Shown: one piece after another, positions 1 to 13,108 of the stretch
Position numbering within the stretch: position 1 is the stretch's first letter
How the letters are laid out: every line of letters starts with the position of its first letter
Assembly: GCF_001194135.2 (NCBI RefSeq)
Contig: NC_068981.1
Span: 134,581,465-134,645,464, forward strand
Direction: 5' to 3'
Origin: Octopus bimaculoides
Lineage: Eukaryota
Length of the DNA: 64,000 nt
Program-made: the position numbers and the translations under genes
The notes under the pieces: generated by a model
Told to the model about the DNA's origin: nothing
Database searches by the model: none
The model's input: only the letters and a program-made list of their open reading frames with translations

Positions 1-69
1 TATAAAAGTTGTTAGAAACAACAGCCAAATCTCCCTTAAATCACACAAAGTAAACGGAATTTTAAAAAT
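1..69 (+). repeat. Direct repeat of 659-727; belongs to a dispersed family (aacagccaaatctccc motif)
   Basis: tataaaagttg..aacaacagccaaatctcccttaaatcacacaaagtaaacggaattt occurs at 1 and at 659. The same motif family is seen near 23750, 28370-28650 (opposite strand), 31066 and 41878. Confidence 0.85.
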
Positions 70-785
70 TTTTACATGAATGGAATTTTTTCCATGTGAA
101 CTTTCCACTGCAGTAATTACACGCTCAACATATAATATAGAGAGTAAGAGTAAAAGAGGGAGAGAGAGAGAGAGAGAGAGAGAAAATGATACATAATCCC
201 TAACACTAACACTCTAGTGAAAATCGTGGTATATTTACCAAACATTGACGAACATGAGTTATATTGTAGTGAATGTTTTGTGAGAGAGAAGAGAGAGAGA
301 GAGGGGGAGAAAGGAATAGAGATGGTAGCAATGAAGAGAGAGAAAGAGAGAACGCAAGACAGTTATAAAATAGCAATGCGTGCATGTGTTTATATAAGAA
401 ACACAGAAACTAAATCTTATATGTATAATGTTGATGTGTGTATGTTGTTGTCACAGATCACATATGTGTGGTTGTGCGTGTTTTTACATATTTATGTTAT
501 GAAAAATAGGTAAAGAATGCTGAGAGGAAAGTTTAATCTATGACTTTGTATGTATCACTTTCTCTCTCTCTCTCTCTCTCTTCCTCTTTTACTCTTACTC
601 TCTATATTATATGTTGAGTGCGTGTGTAAGAACGCCATTCCAGGTAGAAGGGAAGAAATATAAAAGTTGCTAAAAACAACAGCCAAATCTCCCTTAAATC
701 ACACAAAGTAAACGGAATTTAAAAAATCTAATTACTGGACTGGAAAGTTCACATCGAGAAAATTCCATTGATGTAAAAATTTTTA
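64..785. repeat. Fold-back (long inverted repeat): arms 64-193 and 549-785, right arm interrupted at 630-728
   Basis: 64-118 is the near-exact reverse complement of 729-785. 121-193 (acgctcaacatataatatagagagtaagag...) is the reverse complement of 549-622. Confidence 0.85.
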
Positions 786-832
786 CGAAAAAGTGGAAAA
801 TGTGGATTTCTATACACTTTTAAAAAGGCTTC

Positions 833-866
833 ACACAGACACACAACTTCAGCTTTATATATTAAG

Positions 867-867
<1 letters not shown>
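833..867 (-). mobile_element. Possible Helitron-like 5' terminus
   Basis: Minus strand reads a|TCttaatatataaagctgaagttgtgtgtctgtgtg, resembling invertebrate non-autonomous Helitron starts. No matching hairpin+CTRR 3' end was found. Confidence 0.3.
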
Positions 868-898
<31 letters not shown>

Positions 899-904
899 CA
901 TAGC

Positions 905-1309
905 TGTGGCCAGTGCCACCTGGCTGGCTTCTATACCGGTGGCACATAAAATGCACCGTCTGAATGTGGTCGATTCCAATGCCGCCTGACTGGCTCCTGT
1001 ACTGGTAGCACGTAAAAAGCACCATCCAAACGTGGTTGATGCCAGTGCCCCCCAACTGGGTCCCATGCTGGTGGCACATAAAAAGCACTATATGAACATG
1101 ATCGATGTCAGGGCCACCTGATGTGCTCCCATGCCGGTGGCATGTAAAAAGCATCCACTACACTCTCAGAGTGGTTGGTGTTAGGAAGGACATCCAGCTA
1201 TAGAAACATTGCCAGATCAGATTGGAGCCTAGTGTAGCTAGCTTTCCAGACCTCAGTCAAACTGTCCAACCCATGCCAGTATGGAAAACGGATATTAAAC
1301 AGTGATGAT
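905..1309 (+). mobile_element. RTE-LINE 3' UTR copy (family C) with four 66-bp tandem units
   Basis: Units start at 909, 975, 1041 and 1107, followed by ttaggaagg.catccagct...ccaacccatgcc.g.atggaaa.cgga..ttaaac and a (GAT)n-like tail. The same end is joined to RTE ORF sequence at 57033-57368 and 34001-34960. Confidence 0.8.
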
Positions 1310-3149
1310 CATATATATATATCCATACAATGTCCATTCTGGATGTCTCTATTTACCAAGAGTCAAATTCACTCCTGCTGCATCATTCCATTTAAATTTT
1401 GACCCATTTGAAATTTGGAGTTGTCTGCTTCACCTTTCTCAACAGTTGTAGTTTGGCCCAAGTTGTCATCCCAAGTGACTCTGACCCTCCTGTCTTTTTA
1501 CAAAGTGTACCTAGGGCAACATTGTCATATGTGACCTTTCTATTTTTAAGGGTGGTGAGTGTAGTTTTGGAGAGATGCAGCTGCAGTTTCTAATGGAGCT
1601 TCCTCACCACTTTGTGTAACTTTTCTTTCCATTGTAACTTCAAGTTTAAGCCCTTACAACCAGTAAAGGGATTGGCTCCATTTGTTGGTTTGATTGGCTC
1701 ACATTGGTGATGTGCTTTTGACATTGTTGATGCATTGTTCTTTATTCCTGGATCATATGCCTTGTGTTACATTATCTGATGTAGTTCTTGAGAAGTAGTT
1801 ACTCTGTTGCAAACATTCAAACCAGCATCCTTATAGGGATTTATCATCACCATGGTTTCACAGCACATTGATGCCTCTTACACTTCTCCAAGATTCTAAA
1901 CATTAACTCTAAACCTTCTCTTTTCAAATCCATAGATCACCTTGTCTTCTCATATTTGTAAACCACCCACTTCATATTAACATGCAAAGCACACTTCAAT
2001 TCCTTTCCGGGACACAAATCTTTCAACTCTTATCTATAGTCCATCTCTGCTGTCTAGACTATGTTTTGTATTTAAACTAATCTCTCAAAAATAGTGTTTG
2101 AAAAAATGTAGATTCCAATCTCCTTGCCAGTCACCTGTCTCATCTGGATATCACCAACACAGACTTCCAGTTACTCTAGCTCAAAGCCTTCCTCATCCCC
2201 TCCTTTAGATGCATCTGCTTCTTCTAGCACTCTCCCAATTCCACATCACCACTACCATCAATAATTCTCAAATCATATCTTTTCCTGCATTATGGCATAT
2301 ATGTCAACCAACTCTAATGTTATCATCCTCAGTAACTTCGATGCTCACAGCATTTTGGCTTTTGCATTCATTCCAAACTGATGTTACCAGTGCAGAAACT
2401 GAATATTTTGCAATCCTCAATGTTTTATATCAAATATTATCATCTTCTTTATGAATCTCTGATACACAAACTCTCCAAACAACCTTGATCTCTTTCTCAA
2501 CTCCAAAACCCTGCGTATACTAAACCATTACTATCTCTACACCTCTTGGATCATCCAACCACTGCCTTATTGCAACAATTCTATACATATCCTCATATAA
2601 TGCAGCCCCTGTGACACTTCACTTCAAGGTAGCTGATTGGCTGGAGTTTTATCAGATCTATGCTAACTATCCCAAACAGCACATATGCTTCATCTCTGAC
2701 CCATTAGAGGTAGCTAGATGACTGAAACTGTCATTATATTAGGCATGTTACACTGCATTTCACAGGCAATCAAAATTAATTGCTCCAAATACCCACAAAG
2801 GGTTGAAGCTTAGCTGCATTGCAGCAAATTGAGCAAAGAAAACTGTCTACAATGCTTGAACAAAATCACCCATCCCTATAAACTTGATAGCTTTTGTCAG
2901 CACTACAACTTCAGATGACAACCATTGAAAACTTGAAGGGGATCTCCATGTATCACACAGCTCATAAGCTCTCCTACTTTCTAAGCTGCAACCAATCCTT
3001 TTTGGTCCATTGCCAAAAGAATTTTTACCAACTTTGTGGATTCTTCCATTACTACTCAACCATGATAGTTCTACAAGCAGTACTTCTGTAGAGTACTTTG
3101 CACTTTCCAACACCAAGGAACTTATCAGACCATTGACAGCCACTGTGCA

Positions 3150-3330
3150 ATTTCCCTACTTTCCATTGCAGGCAAGATTTTGGCCAGAATCCTGCTTAAT
3201 CCTCTCATTGCTTACCTTGAGCAGTGTTTCCTACCAGAGAGTCAAGAGTTGCTTCTGGAAAGAACATAGACCAATAACATGATGTTTGCTGCTAGACAGC
3301 TTCAAGAGAATTGCATCATGCAATCTATCC
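3150..3330 (+). mobile_element. Frameshifted RTE/BovB-type reverse transcriptase remnant
   Basis: Translates ISLLSIAGKILARILLNPLIAYLEQCFLPESQ / CFWKEHR / NMMFAARQLQENC, matching the RTE RT N-terminal signature ISLLS..GKILARI...LPESQCGFR...DM.F..RQLQEKC. Confidence 0.85.
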
Positions 3331-3520
3331 ATCACTCAGAGAGAGAATCTCTTTGTTACCAGCAGGGCTAATAGCTCCCCTCTTCTAATTCTGGCCACAC
3401 TATGCTTACAGTACACCCTCCCACACTGCAAATTAGGTAACATAGGTAACGTATGTTATGAACTACTTCTGTGGAGCTCACAGATCATTGAAAGGAATTT
3501 ACCTTACTAGTACTCAGAAG

Positions 3521-3523
<3 letters not shown>

Positions 3524-3602
<79 letters not shown>
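3524..3602. repeat. (TG)n microsatellite
   Basis: Uninterrupted TG run seen directly. Confidence 0.98.
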
Positions 3603-3606
<4 letters not shown>

Positions 3607-5261
3607 ATCTGTATTAAAGATGGATGTGTATGCACTCTCAAATCACTACAGAAAAAAAAAATATATATATAAGTTTGTGAATGTAACATTTTTCATCTTT
3701 TAGTGTCAGCTTAAATATCTATTACTTCAAGTGATTGGTTGATTGTATATTTTCAATTTTCACGTTAAACAGCTATATGTTTTTCTAACCATGATTTATT
3801 TTGTAAGCAAAAATATGAAGTGCCTTATTAGACTAATCTTTTGCTTTTTGTTTCATATTTTTTACCTTTTCATAGTGGGGGTGGTTATGTGGTACCATGT
3901 ATCCCAGGAATATAAAATCAAAATACTTAAAAAGGAAATGTAAAAATGTTCACCATTAAAAGAGCAACTGAAAAATATGAAGTAAAATTACTTAACAAAT
4001 GTACATGTTGTATGGTTCATAATGACTTGTGAATTGCTGGTTGCTGATAACTTGAGCAGAGGAGAGAGACGCAACAACGACCTTCCGCTTAGAAGAAATA
4101 AAGCATAAAATAAATTGTAAAATGATTGCTGAAAATATGTTGATGGTGACAATGAAAAGATTGGATAGGTATGAGTTTGGGAGAAAGAGTGACATTAGAT
4201 GTGTGTACAGTTGGTGGGAGTGGGTCAGATGTATTTGCATGTGTAGTAAGTGGAGAGATTTATGATGTGAGTGTGTTAGGAAATTCCAGCTGTATGTTAA
4301 CCAATGGCAACATCCTCTTGCTGTGTGTGTGTGTGTGTGTGTCTGAATCTCTCTCTTTCTTTCTCTGTGCAGTCACAAAATTGCTTTAATTGAAAGGTTT
4401 GCACAAGAGTAAATGTTGTTTTACCTGTTTGCTGTGTGTGTGTGAGTATATATATATATATATTTCTGTATAAATATATTTACATACACACACACACACA
4501 CACAGTTGTAGAGAGCTGGGGTCAGAGTGTTGGGAAAATCTCTCATAAATCACGTATGTTCCTATGGCTAAGAGGTTTTAAAATAGTATACAATGATTAT
4601 TTAACAAATTAGAGATAAACTTTCACACACTAATATTGGGTCAAGACCACTATTTTCTTTAAGAAGATGAATTTTTTTATTCATAGATAATTTCAGGCTA
4701 ACTAAGGTAAGAAATGTATTTGTTTTGAAGGCACTTCTAACTATTACACCAGTACAATTATTTTGTACTTTTACAATAATTCTATAAATTTTAAGGAGTA
4801 TTTCTAAGTGAAAACAATTTCAATTATCAGGTTTTAAGATAAAGTTGCCAAAAAGAAATATGTAAAGGAAGAAAGCAGAGGTACTTTTTTATTTAACCAC
4901 TTACATTGTGAGTTTTTAAAAAAAATTTTATTATTTATTCATATTGTTTTTAGCTCTTGTAAAAGATTAGTATGTTTTATTCATCGTAATAGGGGATTTT
5001 TTGACACATTTACCACTAAAATGATTGATAAGCTATCCATTTATTAGTGTTGATAATGACTAGCAGTTCCTTTTAAAGATATGAGATATGAGAGCAGATA
5101 TATGAAATATTTTGAAGATATTTTTCTTTATACAGATTACTCTTGTATGGAACACAGACGTTAAATGATGATGATGGTGTATTTAATTAATGTAATACCT
5201 GTGCCAGAGAAAATTCATCTTGTTCTATTAACATAGGAAAAATTTATATCAAACTCAGTAC

Positions 5262-5910
5262 ACACGAGCAAAACAGCATTAATAAAACTACCCTCTATTT
5301 ATCATACTAAACGTGCATACACCATTAGAAGACATGAAGGTGTGAAATTGTCTGAGATAAATTCATGTTAAATACACAATATACATTGGTGTAAAACAAA
5401 TGGTGTCGCTGTAATTGATTCACAAGATTGATGGGTGTATGTTTACTTTTCTTGAGGCATGTCAGTGCTGTGCACTCCATAGTTACCTATTTAAATTAAT
5501 TAAATTTGTGCTTCAATATATGAAATGCATCTGCCATAGGAACATACGTGATTTGTGAGGGATTTTCCCAACACTCTGTAGGTTTACCTCTGTGAATAAT
5601 GCATTCACTGGTACTGTGGAAGCTTGCTGGACAGTGGGAAAACTTGGTATACACAATTGAAACAGCATCAAATTGAAATCGTCATCTATATATCATACTA
5701 AACATATACACATTGCATGAATCTGTAGAATTGTCTGAGGTAAAATATTTTTGTAGACTTGTATTAATACAGTGAATGTGTTGCAGTTTCCTTTATATGT
5801 GAATGTGCATACAGTTTCCTATATAATACTGAGGCACAAATTTCATTTAAGCAAGTGACAGTTGGATGTACATCATTGATAAGTCTCAAAAAAGGTGAAA
5901 TGCATCTGTC
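5262..5910. repeat. Diverged ~380-390 bp tandem duplication
   Basis: Collinear shared blocks: tatcatactaaac (5300/5691), aattgtctgag (5346/5729), tgaaatgcatctg (5521/5896). Confidence 0.55.
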
Positions 5911-5954
5911 ATTCTCAAGAGTTACTGTAGCAATAATGTTCATCTCACTCCATA

Positions 5955-5991
<37 letters not shown>

Positions 5992-7444
5992 TTTTTAACA
6001 ACAAATCAATGGAGAGATTTTATCTCATACAGTTCTACAGCATCATTGTCTTCTGACAGTGTGTGTACTTTTAGTATGATATTCAGATGGTGACACATTA
6101 AATTGATTATAATAGTGGTGGCCTCCCGGTGTCTTTTAGCTCTTCAGTCACTAACCACAGACTTTGAGACAGGTTTACTTTCTCTTTGCCTCTCTACCAG
6201 TATTACAGAAACATCACTTCTGCACAAGCTAGCTGTATACCTTCCTCTTCCCAAGCCTTCTCAGCATACCATCTTTCCTCCTTTTATTCCTATTATTTGG
6301 TTTCATCTCTCAGAACATATACTAAACACTTCACCTCCCACCTCAACTTCAAACTGCAAGGATCAAATTATAGATGTTCAAACTAGACATCAACTACAAC
6401 AATATTACTTAACTGGAATAGTCTGCAATAACCATAATGTGTAATTAACCTACAAAAAACATGTTTTCATTGAGGTGCATCTCGAATATTTCAGCCCATC
6501 CTCTTCATTTAATATCCACTTTTCCATGCCAGCATGGGCCAGACAGAATTCATTGTAGCAGATTTTCTATGGCTGGATGTCCTTGTCACCGACCTCATAG
6601 AAATGACTCCACTTGTATGACAGTAACACTCATTTGCAACTATCACATGATGTCATGATGAGCACGCACACACACACGTATGAATGACAATAATTTGGCA
6701 CTTTATAGTATACATGTGTATTAAATGGCTGGTAGGACTCTACTCCAATGTAACTCATCCTTGTCATTTTACATTCATTTTTACATGTCTTACATGCTCT
6801 CATGAGCTGAATAGGTTGTCATGGTTTGCATTATATTGCACATATAGTAACAGAAAAGCTGACTAGCTCTGGCCAACTCTGAGCATCTACTTGGTTCACT
6901 TCATTTTGTCACACTGAGTGTTTGTGTGTAATTGTAGCATCATATATGTATACATACATTTTTTGCATTGTATGTTATATGTATGTTATATATACATTTG
7001 TGTGTGTAGTTTGACTTTTTTTTTTTTTTTTAGAACTATTTGGCCAGGAGCCATAATATGCAATTGTATATTTCTGAATATTTCTGAAAGTTGTTTTGTA
7101 AAAAGGTTTTTTTTTTTTTCTTCTTTTTTTATCTTTCTAAAAAATGCCTTTCTGCATGACACAACTTTTCTTCGGGAAGCTGCAGTTTTGTATGAATTCC
7201 TGCTGGTTAGTGTAAATGTGATAGTTTGTTTAAATATAGTTGGATCTTTCTCACTTTGTGTTTCAATGTATATTGAAGTGGTCACTTTAAATGAATTGAT
7301 GTTATACTGTTTGTGGAAGTTGGACATAAAATGATAGTTTCAGCTTTATTTAACTGTTTTAAATAGAGCAACTGTGGAAGATATTTCACAACTTGTTTAT
7401 TTGATAATTTGTGGAGATGCTACCAATTTCTTACACATTTTTGT

Positions 7445-7809
7445 CAGGCTGTGTGATTAGGAAACTCGCTTTGCAACCACATTGTTTGGGTTCAATCCCA
7501 AAGCACAACATCTTAAGCAAGTGTCTTCTATTATGGACTTGAGCCAATCAACATCTTGTGAGTGAAATTGGTTAACAGAAACTGTGAAGACGCCCATTGG
7601 TGTGTTCGTGTTTATCCTCCCCTACTACCTAACAACCAGTGTTTCTTTGTTTGTGTCCTTATAACTTAGCAGTTTGGTAAAAGAGACTAATAGAATGAGT
7701 ATCAGACGTTTTAAAAGGCATAAGTGCTGTGGTCAATTTAAATTCATCAAGGTGGTGTCCCAGCATGGTTGTAGTCTAATAACTAAAACAAGTACAAAAA
7801 GGTAAAAGA
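7445..7809 (+). mobile_element. tRNA-headed SINE, family B
   Basis: Head ggctgtgtg.ttag...gggttcaatccc, body gcaagtgtcttcta, tail cccagcatgg..g.agtc.aat.act.aaacaagta. Many paralogues in the window. Confidence 0.75.
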
Positions 7810-9475
7810 TATCTTTTCAAATGTTAGACTTATACTGGTATTTTTACTTGAGTTTTTTTTTTATACTTTATTCAGTGGCAGCATACATATGCACACACAG
7901 ACCATATAAAGGAGAAATAAAACTTGAGATACTTCCACATATCTTAATTTCTTTTTCTCTTCTCTTGTAGTCATTTTTTTCATTTTTTTTTTGCAATTAT
8001 TTGGGATAAAGAAAAAGAAATTAATTACTACATGAATTAATTGATAATATTTTTGGAATTTCTGCCCAAAGATATGAAAAATTTGATTATGGAGTTTTGT
8101 ATCTTAGATGAAAATTAGGATATTAATTTGTATCTGATTGCTTTCAATATGGCACTTTCTCTATTGCTAGCCTTTTGAAAGCAAAATGTGCAATAACAAG
8201 TGAACAGTGCATCTGTTAGTGTGTGTGCAAATACACACACATACACACAATTACATGATGTTTACTGCAAACATTTGCGTTTGTAGTGAGTTCAAGAGTG
8301 TGTATATCTCTAGCTGCATGTGCAATATTTATTTTTAGCTTTTAAAAATTATGTCAAGTTTGTATTTAAGGGAATTTATTTGTACTTTTTAAGAATTTTA
8401 ATATTGAAATTCATTCTTTTAAGGACAAGTTTCCAAACAGATTTGACGAAAACAAATTGTTTGGCTACTAAGCAATATAGAAGCTTGTAATAAGAATACC
8501 TAAGAAATGAAGATAACATAAAATATTTAATAGTTTCATTCATAGCCAGTCCTAATAAATAAATAAATAAATAAATAAATGTGTGTGTGTGTTTGTGTGT
8601 ATATGTACATGCACATACATATATTTTTATCCTTTTAGTTTTTAGCAAATATTTTACTTTGAAACTAATGCCTATTTTGCATTAATACCACTTTTAATTA
8701 CAAGTTTATTATTAAAAAGCTTTATATGGTTTGAAAGAAATATAGCTTGTAAGTATATAGTAATATATTCAGAATGCAAAAACATTCTAAATTAGAATTT
8801 CATTGGGTTTGAAGTTGAAATCATTACTGGAAGTTTAGCCTTGACTGTCTTGGAGAGTTGAATAGGTATGTCACTATAAAGGTTACATAAGATTGAATTT
8901 CAGTTCAATAAAGGATGTAAGAATTTGAAAGATAAATGTTTATAAGGTTTAGAAGACGAGAGTTTATTAAATCAAGATTCCTTTTCAGTGATCATTTAGA
9001 AAATCGGTATTAATATACAACTGTTAGTTGAGGCATAAAAAAAATTGAAATTGAAGCAATAAAAGCAAAAGACTAGAGCAAAATTTTAATTTATCCTTTG
9101 AAATTTGTCTTGTTTGATCTTATATTGAACTGAGTTAGGGCTTAAACTGGAATTGGCATGAAAGAAAAAAGTGTGTGATATAAATTGATTAGCAATAAAA
9201 AAAAAAAAGCAACACATAATAAAAGATGGTAACCAAAGTAGAAGCAAACATAGATTAAGATTAAGGGTGTTTGGGTGGATTTAACATGTATTTATTAGAA
9301 ATGATTTTGCATGATTAAATTGATCTATTATTTGAAAATACTAACCAGAGATCTGTAACCAGAAGTAAGAGGCTAACTTGATTTGTTCAGTGTTAAAGAA
9401 GATTCAAATAGAAGCGCATACTAATTTGTGTGTATGTGTGTGCGTGCATGTGTGTGTGTGTGTTCATACAAGGTC

Positions 9476-9868
9476 CAGGCATAGTTGTGTTGTTGAGAAG
9501 TTTGCTTTCCAACTATGTGGTTTTGGCTTCAGTCCCACTGCACACCACCTTAGATAAGTGCCTTCTGTTGGAGCCCTGGGTTGACCAAATCCTTGTGAGT
9601 GGATTTGGCAGGCAGACACTGAAAGAAACCCATTGTATGTGTGTGTGTGTTGTCTCTCCTGGTCTTAACATCATGTGATGGTTGTAAGTGAGCATCATGC
9701 CAATTGTCTCAAATTTTCACTGGAAAACATATCTGGCCATGGCAAATTATTACTTTGTGTGGAAACAGGTGTGTGTTGGCAGCAGGAAAGGCATGCAGTC
9801 ATAGAAAATCTGCATGAACAAATTCTGTCTGATCCAAGCAAACATGGAAACACGTTAAAGTGATGGTG
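9476..9868 (+). mobile_element. SINE-B head with RTE-type 3' tail
   Basis: B head and body followed by gttggcagcaggaaaggcatgcag.catagaaaatctgc...catggaaacacgttaaagtgatg. A reverse-strand paralogue of the tail lies at 63091-63330. Confidence 0.65.
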
Positions 9869-10282
9869 GGAATATATATTCAGATCCAATATGTACAGAA
9901 AATATATTGACACACATGCATACACATGTGCACTCATGCCTGTGCATGTATTTCAGGCATATGCACACAGAAATACTCTTGTATTGACGTTGATATTACC
10001 TTTTATAACAGAGGAACATGTACTCAAAATATGACAGGTTTTTTTTTGGTTTCTTCTGTGACTTTATATGTCAAGCATTGTATATGTATGTAGGTTTGAC
10101 AAGTTCAAAAGTTGAAAATGATGAAATTTCAGAGAAGAATTTTTATTGGGCTATCACCTTTCCTCTGAGTGATCTCAAGAATATGTGATGGTTGGTAAAT
10201 AGTTAAAAGTCATCATCATCATCAACATATTCCAACTACTAGGTTGCATATGCAGCATTTCCTCCCCTCATCTCTTTTTCTC

Positions 10283-10334
<52 letters not shown>

Positions 10335-10547
10335 CCTCTCACTTTGGTATCATGTAATTACAAGTATTTCTCCATTTCTAAACAGGTCCAAACTGATCCA
10401 CTAGTTTCTCCTCTTTCTATTGCAAAGTATTAATCTTTCCATGTGACTCCTCTAATCTATACTAACCAAAGTAGAGCCCACATCCCAGCACTTTTTCTGG
10501 TGATAGTGATGGAGATGATCTATCTATATAAATATATACATGTATTC

Positions 10548-10885
10548 TAGCATGGTCAATGCCAGTGCCACCTGACTGACTCCCATGCTAGTGACACATA
10601 AAAAGCACCATTTGAGCATGGTCAATGCCAGTGCTGCCTAACTGGCACTTGTGCTAGTGGCATGTAAAAAGCATCATTTGAGCACGGCCTGACTGGCCCC
10701 CGTGCCAGTGGCAAGTAAAAAGCACCCACTACACTCTCGGAGCGGTTGGCATTAGTAAGGGCATCCAGCTGTAGAAACCGTACCAGATCAGATTGGAGCC
10801 TGGTGCAGCCTCCTGGCTTGCCAGTCCTCAGTTAAACTGTCCAGCCCATGCCAGCATAGAAAGTGGACGTCAAACGATGGTGATG
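10548..10885 (+). mobile_element. RTE 3' UTR copy (family C) with 66-bp units
   Basis: Units at 10561 and 10627 plus a partial third, then the conserved RTE tail. Confidence 0.8.
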
Positions 10886-11349
10886 TATGTATCATCATCA
10901 TCAGACGGTACTGTCAATGGCCACGCTCAAAATGGTGTATTTTATGTGCCACCCGCACAAGAGCCAATCCAGGGGCAATTTTATTGAAGCTGAAAAACTT
11001 TACTATGAGTTTCACTTATGCCATCTTCTTTGCGCATGCATATGTATATAAATACATACATATATACATACAATATGTATGTACATACAATTTTTACAAT
11101 TTCTACCAAACAACTTCCATTCACAAGGAGTTGTGGTTCAGATCAAGCCCGAAACCAAGTAGTTTCAAAGCAAACATCTGAACCATACTGCCATCCTTGC
11201 ACCCTTTGCAAATGTCTCCTCTCTCTGCAAATGTTATTCTATGTGCTCATGTAAGAAATAATAATTAATGGAAATTATCGTTATTATTAAATTATTATTA
11301 AACTATGATATTAATTCAAAGTAATCCGTCCATCAATTTTCCCTGCTCA

Positions 11350-11570
11350 CTATTCTTGAGAGAATCGTAAGGGTTGAGTCTTCAAGCCCCTCCTCAATAG
11401 GGTCCTATTCGAAGCAACCATCATTACACTTTCCAGCTCAGTTTTCAAGCATGACCAACTATGGTTAAGGATATTACCCAACCAACTTGTCCTTGGGCAA
11501 CCCTTTCATCTCCTGCCAGTTGGCTCAACTTGAAGAATCTATTTAGTAATAGTTTCTTGCAGCATTCTAA
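11350..11570 (-). mobile_element. RTE ORF C-terminal remnant
   Basis: Minus strand RR*KGCPRTSWLGNILNHSWSCLKTELESVMMVASNRTLLRRGLKTQPLRFSQE*, resembling the RTE C-terminus GRPR..WL......A.DR..WR. Confidence 0.55.
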
Positions 11571-13065
11571 TCCCTTATAAAATTACTCATAAAATTTTTG
11601 CCGAGTATTTGTGTGCAAATTATTGAGTTCTTTTTCCTTAAACGTATTCTTCTATATTCTTACCTGTATCCATAGTGATGTGGTGATGGTCATCAATCTT
11701 CCAATCAAACCAAGTAAATTATACTTAGCTGGTTTTTCCAAATTACTGATTTTATCTGTTGGTCACAACTCCTGACAGAAGTGTCACTGATTACTGGTGA
11801 AAGTATGAGATTTGAACTCAAAATTCACAGAGCTGGATGGATCAGAGACCAGAAGTCACTCTCTGTGGTACTCTAACAGTTCTGTTTTGCCAATCCACTA
11901 CCCTGGATTGGTAATTTGTTTATTGACTCTCAAAAGAATGAAATGCGAAGTTAACCTGAGGATTTGATCTCAGAACACAGAAATTCAGAATAAATACCAG
12001 TCTAACAACTCTACCTATTTGCCATCTGTCCATCCAATAATCAGCAAATCTTGGTGGGGTTTTTTTCATTACAGCCATGAGCCTCACAATTATGGTCAGT
12101 TTGGATTCCTGGCATAACCTTAAGCTCTTTTCCACTGCAGTTTACTGTTGTGTTCTGTTCTGTGCTTTCTCCTTCTTTTGCTTCTATGTCATCCTTATCA
12201 TCTTCAATTTCTTTTCTTCTGCTTCTATTCCCCCTACTCTCTGCATTCCAATCCAATCAATGCCAAGGATTGGCAACAGCAAGGACATCCAGCTGTAGAA
12301 AATCCACCTCAACAAATTCCATCTGACACATGTGAGCACGATAAATTGGATGTTAAAATGATAAAACGATAATGATGATTTTACTAATTTTGACATGTTT
12401 ATCATGAAAAAGCTTTATGTACATCATATCTGCCAGATGGCATAACTAGAACTACTCGTCTTGTATAGCAGATATGTGTATGAATATTGTTCTAATTTAG
12501 CATATCAGAGTAGAAGTTTGTATATCAAATACTCTAACATATCAACTAAATTTAATTATTTAAACTAATACAGGGTTGAATTGGTTTCCTCAGTTGTTCA
12601 GATTCAAAGTCTAATTTAATAAACTCTATTAACTATTTTGAGGGACATAATTGAAAATAATTTGAATTCTTTTTTTTTAATCCTCATTAATTTTCATTCT
12701 TTTTCTTTTCCTTTTAATTTTTTCAATCTTATATAGTTTAGAGATGTAAAATTCATACTTCAATAGTTTTAAATTACATTGAAATCCCATCAGATTATAA
12801 TGGAACTGCAGATAACAAAAACCATTCTGAATGCCCCATCAGAGCTGTACATCCATCTACCTGATGCTAGAACAGCCAGGAATCAAATATGGCATTGGCT
12901 TAATTGCTTTTGCTTCCTAACACTGTCAGCAACACTGGAATGAAACAGTCCATGTGATTATTTCTCAAGGTGTAAAAATGTCAAATCTCATAGCCAAGAG
13001 ACTTCTGTAAAACTGCAATTAAATAGTGATATTTATATTACTTTCTCTTGTTCCATTTTTTACTC

Positions 13066-13108
<43 letters not shown>

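Noticed and set aside
909-1160. Regularly spaced palindromic repeats as a CRISPR array
   Set aside because: The whole 66-bp unit is repeated with no unique spacers, there are no cas genes, the context is eukaryotic, and it is part of an RTE 3' UTR.
1330-2560. Possible degenerate LINE endonuclease region on the minus strand
   Set aside because: Only vague motif echoes with many stops; cannot be supported without alignment.
6918-7334. Overlapping 138-aa and 113-aa ORFs, including a minus-strand EFIQNCSFPKKSC stretch
   Set aside because: No recognisable domain, the frames run through poly-T/A tracts, and there is no convincing splice-site pair.
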